From assembly GCA_035063585.1 (NCBI GenBank), contig JAPSGB010000054.1:1-29571 (forward strand): a DNA stretch of 29,571 nt, read 5' to 3'. The DNA comes from Polyangiaceae bacterium (GTDB taxonomy: Bacteria; Myxococcota_A; Polyangia; Polyangiales; Polyangiaceae). The notes below the pieces were generated by a model, which was not told the origin of the DNA, did not search any database, and saw only the letters and a program-made list of their open reading frames with translations. The position numbers and the translations under genes were made by a program. Below, in pieces: positions 25,840-29,571 of the stretch; within the stretch, counting starts at the first letter, position 1, and each line of letters starts with the position of its first letter.

Positions 25840-25970
25840 AACCGCCCGTGCGCGGTCTGGCAGGGCCTCCACGCCAACGTCGCCCGCAACCACCGCTGCA
25901 GGCCCATGACCCATCGGCCCGCCAGCGCTCGCGCCTGCCCGACGGCCTGCCGACGATGCCGCGCTACCCG
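25840..25970 (+). pseudogene. Degenerate 3' fragment of IS630-family transposase
   Basis: NRPCAVWQGLHANVARNHRCRPMTH aligns with NRIERVWQDLHANVTRKHRCKTMNH at 29343 onward, also at DNA level. Confidence 0.8.
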
Positions 25971-26069
25971 TGGGGCCAAGGCGCCGGTGAGACGACGGCC
26001 GTCATGGGGCGCGCGCACCGCACCGCGCGCTCCCGTCGCCCTCGAGGGCGCCCGGCGCGCGCGTGCGGG

Positions 26070-26612
26070 TCAACGTCGCGACAGGCGGCTCACGTCCTCG
26101 TCGAGCACGCTCGCGGCCCCTGCCGCGCGGAGCAGCCACTCGAGCGCCTGGTGGGGGAAGCTGACTTCATGCGAGACGAGGCAGATCCGGACGCGATCGT
26201 CGCCGAGCGACTCCGCTCCCCACCACCACCACTCACGCTGTTCGGGCTCGAACCAGTACAGGAAATCGCTGACGGACCACCGCCGGGCCGCCTCGGCTGC
26301 CTCGCGGTCCGCGGGTGACAGCTTGCGCCACTGCTCGAGCCACGCCTTCGCTCGTTCGAGCGACTGCTCGGGCCCGGAGGCCTCCAGGAACCATCGCGGC
26401 AGGAAGGTCGCGGGCTCGACGCGTCCCGCCACACCATCCATGGAGCGGAGCACCGCGCTCATGACCGAACGGGCGCGTTCGAGGACCCGTCGAGCGTTCG
26501 ACGGTGCGCTCGCCTCCAGCTCGAACCGGCCCATTCCGACCGGCGGCTCGTCACTGCAGGAGCCGTCGCGGAGGCGTCGCGCCTCCGTCGCTCGGTCGAG
26601 ACCTCGCGTCAC
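26070..26612 (-). CDS. Trp-rich hypothetical protein
   Basis: 180 aa; GGAGGGAG upstream; LPRWF, WSVSDFLYWFEPEQREWWWW, FPHQALEWLLRAAGA. Confidence 0.7.
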   Translation of the reverse strand: MTRGLDRATEARRLRDGSCSDEPPVGMGRFELEASAPSNARRVLERARSVMSAVLRSMDGVAGRVEPATFLPRWFLEASGPEQSLERAKAWLEQWRKLSPADREAAEAARRWSVSDFLYWFEPEQREWWWWGAESLGDDRVRICLVSHEVSFPHQALEWLLRAAGAASVLDEDVSRLSRR

Positions 26613-26839
26613 CTCATCTCCCTCCGCGGACCTTCATTCAGACGACGGGCTTCGAGACGCGTCAAGGCTGCAACAGCCGCGTACCGGCTGTAAGCGCGCC
26701 TCGTAGCTGAGCCCGCGAACGCCCGTGGCTCGTCTCCGCGTCAGTGAGGGAGGGCGCGGAGGTCGGAGGAGCGCCCTGGTGACGGGCCTGGCCGGGCGGC
26801 GTCGGCGACGTGCGCGGGCTCGGTGGAGAGCGCATCGCC

Positions 26840-26930
26840 CGCGTCGACGCCCGCGTCGCTCACCGGCGACCCCGACGTCGACGCGCTCCTCGCGCGCTAC
26901 GCGCAGCCCGCGCCGATCGGAGCCTCGTGA
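26840..26930 (+). pseudogene. Possible C-terminal remnant of a prophage head-tail connector-like gene
   Basis: SLTGDPDVDALLARYAQPAPIGAS* with clean codon bias but no intact upstream frame; recalled resemblance only. Confidence 0.35.
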
Positions 26931-26947
26931 CGTGGTAGGCGTGGCTC

Positions 26948-27442
26948 GTGACTACGCTCCGAACACGACGCCTGCTCCTCCGGCGGGCGCAGCCTTCCGA
27001 CCTCGACGCGCTCCACGCGATCCTGTCGGACGAGGAGGCGATGCGCTATTGGTCTACCGCGCCGCATCGGTCGCTCGAGACCACGCAGGAGTGGCTCCGC
27101 GCGATGATCGCGTCCACGCCCGAGGAGAGCGAGGACTTCATCATCGAGTACGAGGGCAAGGCCGTCGGCAAGGTCGGCTTCTATCGCCTGCCGGAGCTCG
27201 GGTTCATCCTCCGACGGAACCTTTGGGGGAGAGGCCTCGTGAGCGAGGCCGCCTCCGCCGTGATCGAGCACGTCTTCCAGACGCGCGACGTCGAAGAGCT
27301 GCAAGCGGACGCCGACCCGCGGAACGTCGCTTCCATCCGCGTGCTCGAGCGACTGGGGTTCGTCGAGACCGGGCGTGCCGAGCGCACGTACTGCATCGAC
27401 GGCGCGTGGACGGACAGCATCTTCTTCGTCCGCAGACGCTGA
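26948..27442 (+). CDS. GNAT (RimJ/RimL-type) N-acetyltransferase
   Basis: LRTRRLLLRR, ELGFILRRNLWGRGLVSEA, DPRNVASIRVLERLGFVETG. Confidence 0.95.
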   Translation: MTTLRTRRLLLRRAQPSDLDALHAILSDEEAMRYWSTAPHRSLETTQEWLRAMIASTPEESEDFIIEYEGKAVGKVGFYRLPELGFILRRNLWGRGLVSEAASAVIEHVFQTRDVEELQADADPRNVASIRVLERLGFVETGRAERTYCIDGAWTDSIFFVRRR

Positions 27443-27544
27443 GCGTCCCCCCGCGCGGAGGCCGGCGGCCCTTTGCCGACGATATGCGCGATGCGCGCGG
27501 TCGCCTCATCTTCCCGCTTCTCGCGGAGCGGCACCGCCTCGACG

Positions 27545-27882
27545 CGCAGGCGATGGCGCCCGGGGGCGAGACCCCGAAGCCGCCGTCGCCGCTCACCATC
27601 GCCGCCCGCCCCCTCGAAGGACGGCGCCGCGATGGTCGACCACGCCAAGCAGAGCGAGCTCGGCGGGCCGCCGGTCATCATCCCCATCACGCCGAAGATG
27701 CGCCGCTTCCTCTCCGCGCTGCCCCGGCAGGCCGGCAACGAGCCCACGGGCGGTAGCGCGGCGTCATCGTCGCGCAGGTCCCCGCGCGGCCGTTCCTCCG
27801 GCCCGGGTTCGAGGAGTTCCGGGAGGGCGCGAGCCTGCGGTTCCTCGAGCGCGTCGCCAGGGGGCTGGGGCTCACGCCGTGA
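27545..27882 (+). pseudogene. Frameshifted remnant resembling a phage virion morphogenesis/tail completion gene
   Basis: Pieces in three frames: APGGETPKPPSPLTIAAR / ELGGPPVIIPITPKMRRFL / GVIVAQVPARPFLRPGFEEFREGASLRFLERVARGLG*; PARPFL is typical of this family. Confidence 0.5.
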
Positions 27883-27891
27883 CGGTCGCGA

Positions 27892-28248
27892 CTACTTCGT
27901 CAATCCTGGGAACTCTTTCGTCGGGATCGTGAAGGCGTCGACGGCGTCGAGGGTGCGGACATTGACGGCGACCATCGGTCCCTGCGGGCCGACGCCACGC
28001 GCGAACGCTTTGATGCCGCACGTCTTGCAGAAGAGGTGATGGATGACCTTCTCGTTGAACTGGTAGTCGGTCAGGCTCTCCTCACCGCGCTCGAGAGTGA
28101 ACTGCGCGGGCGCGACGAACTGCAGGTACGAGCCCGACTTGCCGCAGATCGAGCAGTTGCAGGTGATGGCCGGAGCCTCGAGATCGAGCTCCACGCGGTA
28201 GCGGATGGCGCCGCAGTGGCAGCCTCCCTCGTGGGTGCCGGTAGTCAT
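27892..28248 (-). CDS. GFA/CENP-V family protein
   Basis: HEGGCHCGAIRY, CNCSIC, HLFCKTCGI, VAVNVRTL. Confidence 0.95.
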   Translation of the reverse strand: MTTGTHEGGCHCGAIRYRVELDLEAPAITCNCSICGKSGSYLQFVAPAQFTLERGEESLTDYQFNEKVIHHLFCKTCGIKAFARGVGPQGPMVAVNVRTLDAVDAFTIPTKEFPGLTK

Positions 28249-28299
28249 TGCCGCAAAGTACCCGGCAGGAGAGCGCCGCGGCAAGCGTCCCCTTTGCGC

Positions 28300-28540
28300 C
28301 GGGTGCCGGTGGCTCTGGTCCTCACGCTGACCGCCGCGTCGCCGGCGTGCGCGGGCTCGATGGAGAGCGCATGGCCCGGAGCGCGAGCGGCGCGCGGTCT
28401 CGTGCGGCTCGTCGGCGCCGACCTCGCCGACCGGGTCCGGGTGCTGTTCGGCGGCGTGGCTGCCGAGGCGCCCTCCGTTCGTGACGAGGCGGGGCTGCGT
28501 GTCGTCGAGCTCCGCACGCCGGTTCACGCGCCCGGCGTCG
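28300..28540 (+). pseudogene. Possible IPT/TIG-domain gene remnant truncated by IS630
   Basis: LVRLVGADLADRVRVLFGGVAAE...VVELRTPVHAPG fits the IPT/TIG pattern. Confidence 0.45.
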
Positions 28541-29531
28541 GTCGTACAGGCCGTCGCCGGGCTCGCCGCCGGCCGCAGCAGCGTCCAGGTAGCGAGCGAG
28601 CTGGAGATCGCGCGCTCGACGGTGGTGAGCGCCGCGAGGCGGTTCGGGGACTTCGGCGTGGACGGCCTGTACGACCGCCGCCGGCACAACGGATCGCGCA
28701 AGGTCGACGAGGCGTTCCGGAGGCGCAGCGCCGAGATGCTCCGCGTCACGCCCGAGGAGTTTGGCTGGCGCCGCCCGACGTGGACGCGGGAGCTCTTGTG
28801 CTTGCAGGCGAAACGCCAGGGCTGGCCTCCGGTGGCTGTCTGCACGATGGGTCGCGCGCTCGCGATCATCGGCGCCCGGATCGACACGCCGAAGCCGGTC
28901 GTGCTCTGCCCATCGCCTCGGGATGAACGTCTGCGCCGTCTGGCGCAGATCCGAGCGCTCGAAGCTCGCGCTACCGCCGTAGAGCCGGTCCTCTATGCGG
29001 ACGAAATCGACATCCATCTCAACCCGAAGCTCGGACGCGACCGGATGTCGCGAGGACAGCAGCGCCGGCTCGTTACGCCCGGCAAGAACGAGAACTTCTA
29101 CCTGGCGGGGGCGCTCGACGTGCGCAGCGGGGCCCTGCACACGACCGGCGGAGCAAGGAAGTCTGCCGCGCTCTTCTGCGAGTTGCTGCGGTTGCTGGCT
29201 CGAACCTACGCGCGGGCTCGACGCCGTCCATCTCGTCATCGACAACTACGGCATCCACTCCGCTCACGTCACCCGCGACACGCTCGTAGCCCTCGGCGGC
29301 CGCGTCGAGCTTGACTTCCTGCCGCCGTACTGCCCGACGCCAACCGCATCGAACGCGTCTGGCAGGATCTGCACGCGAACGTGACCCGCAAGCACCGTTG
29401 CAAGACGATGAATCACCTCCTCGCCAACGCCCGCGACTACCTGACCGCCTACGTCTGGCGTCGGGTGACGGGCGCGGCTCCGCTCTGCAAGGCCGCGTGA
29501 TGCCTGTAGCGGAATCAAGATCGGTGACTTG
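28540..29531 (+). pseudogene. IS630-family transposase pseudogene, 5'-truncated, two frameshifts
   Basis: HTH VASELEIARSTV, WTRELL, YADEIDIHLNPK, LAGALD; shift near 29225 to VIDNYGIH..FLPPYCP; shift near 29335 to NRIERVWQDLHANVTR; stop 29500; IR-like gtagcggaatcaagatcggtgacttg after it. Confidence 0.92.
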
Positions 29532-29571
29532 GAGCGGTCGACACCTGCGCATCACGGTGCTAGACCTCCCT

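Noticed and set aside
26660..26700. Integron attC site near the Trp-rich gene
   Set aside because: Only a short acagccg/cggctgt stem; no convincing R''/R' box pair and no integron integrase.
28540..29500. Programmed frameshift yielding active IS630 transposase
   Set aside because: Two separate shifts inside the catalytic domain, no slippery A-run, and the N-terminus is missing.

Overview
Very GC-rich bacterial DNA whose gene content (eukaryote-like Ser/Thr kinase, tandem FHA genes) suggests Myxococcota, Polyangiaceae-like; this is inference. The left backbone holds a 13-bp tandem array, a GMC oxidoreductase operon ending in a METTL9/DREV-like methyltransferase, a Ser/Thr kinase, a DUF2891 gene and a membrane protein. 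The centre (7831-18166) is a ~10.3-kb integrated, all plus-strand, phage-satellite-like element bounded by an exact 40-bp direct repeat, which is the 5' half of tRNA-Leu(CAA). The att site lies inside the tyrosine integrase gene. The integrated allele reads through the intact tRNA and ends in a 26-aa tail, whereas excision would fuse it in frame to a 111-aa C-terminus now stranded at the left end. The element encodes an Xis-like HTH, a primase-VapE helicase with iteron-like repeats, an S49 head-protease-like gene with a nested in-frame scaffold-like start, and an RHH regulator, but I recognise no capsid, portal, terminase or tail gene. The right backbone has a DciA/DUF721 gene, three FHA paralogs, serC, tsaC and purD. 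After 25.8 kb comes a decayed mobile region with two IS630 remnants and probable prophage gene fragments around intact GNAT and GFA genes. Family calls come from motif recognition by eye, not database searches.
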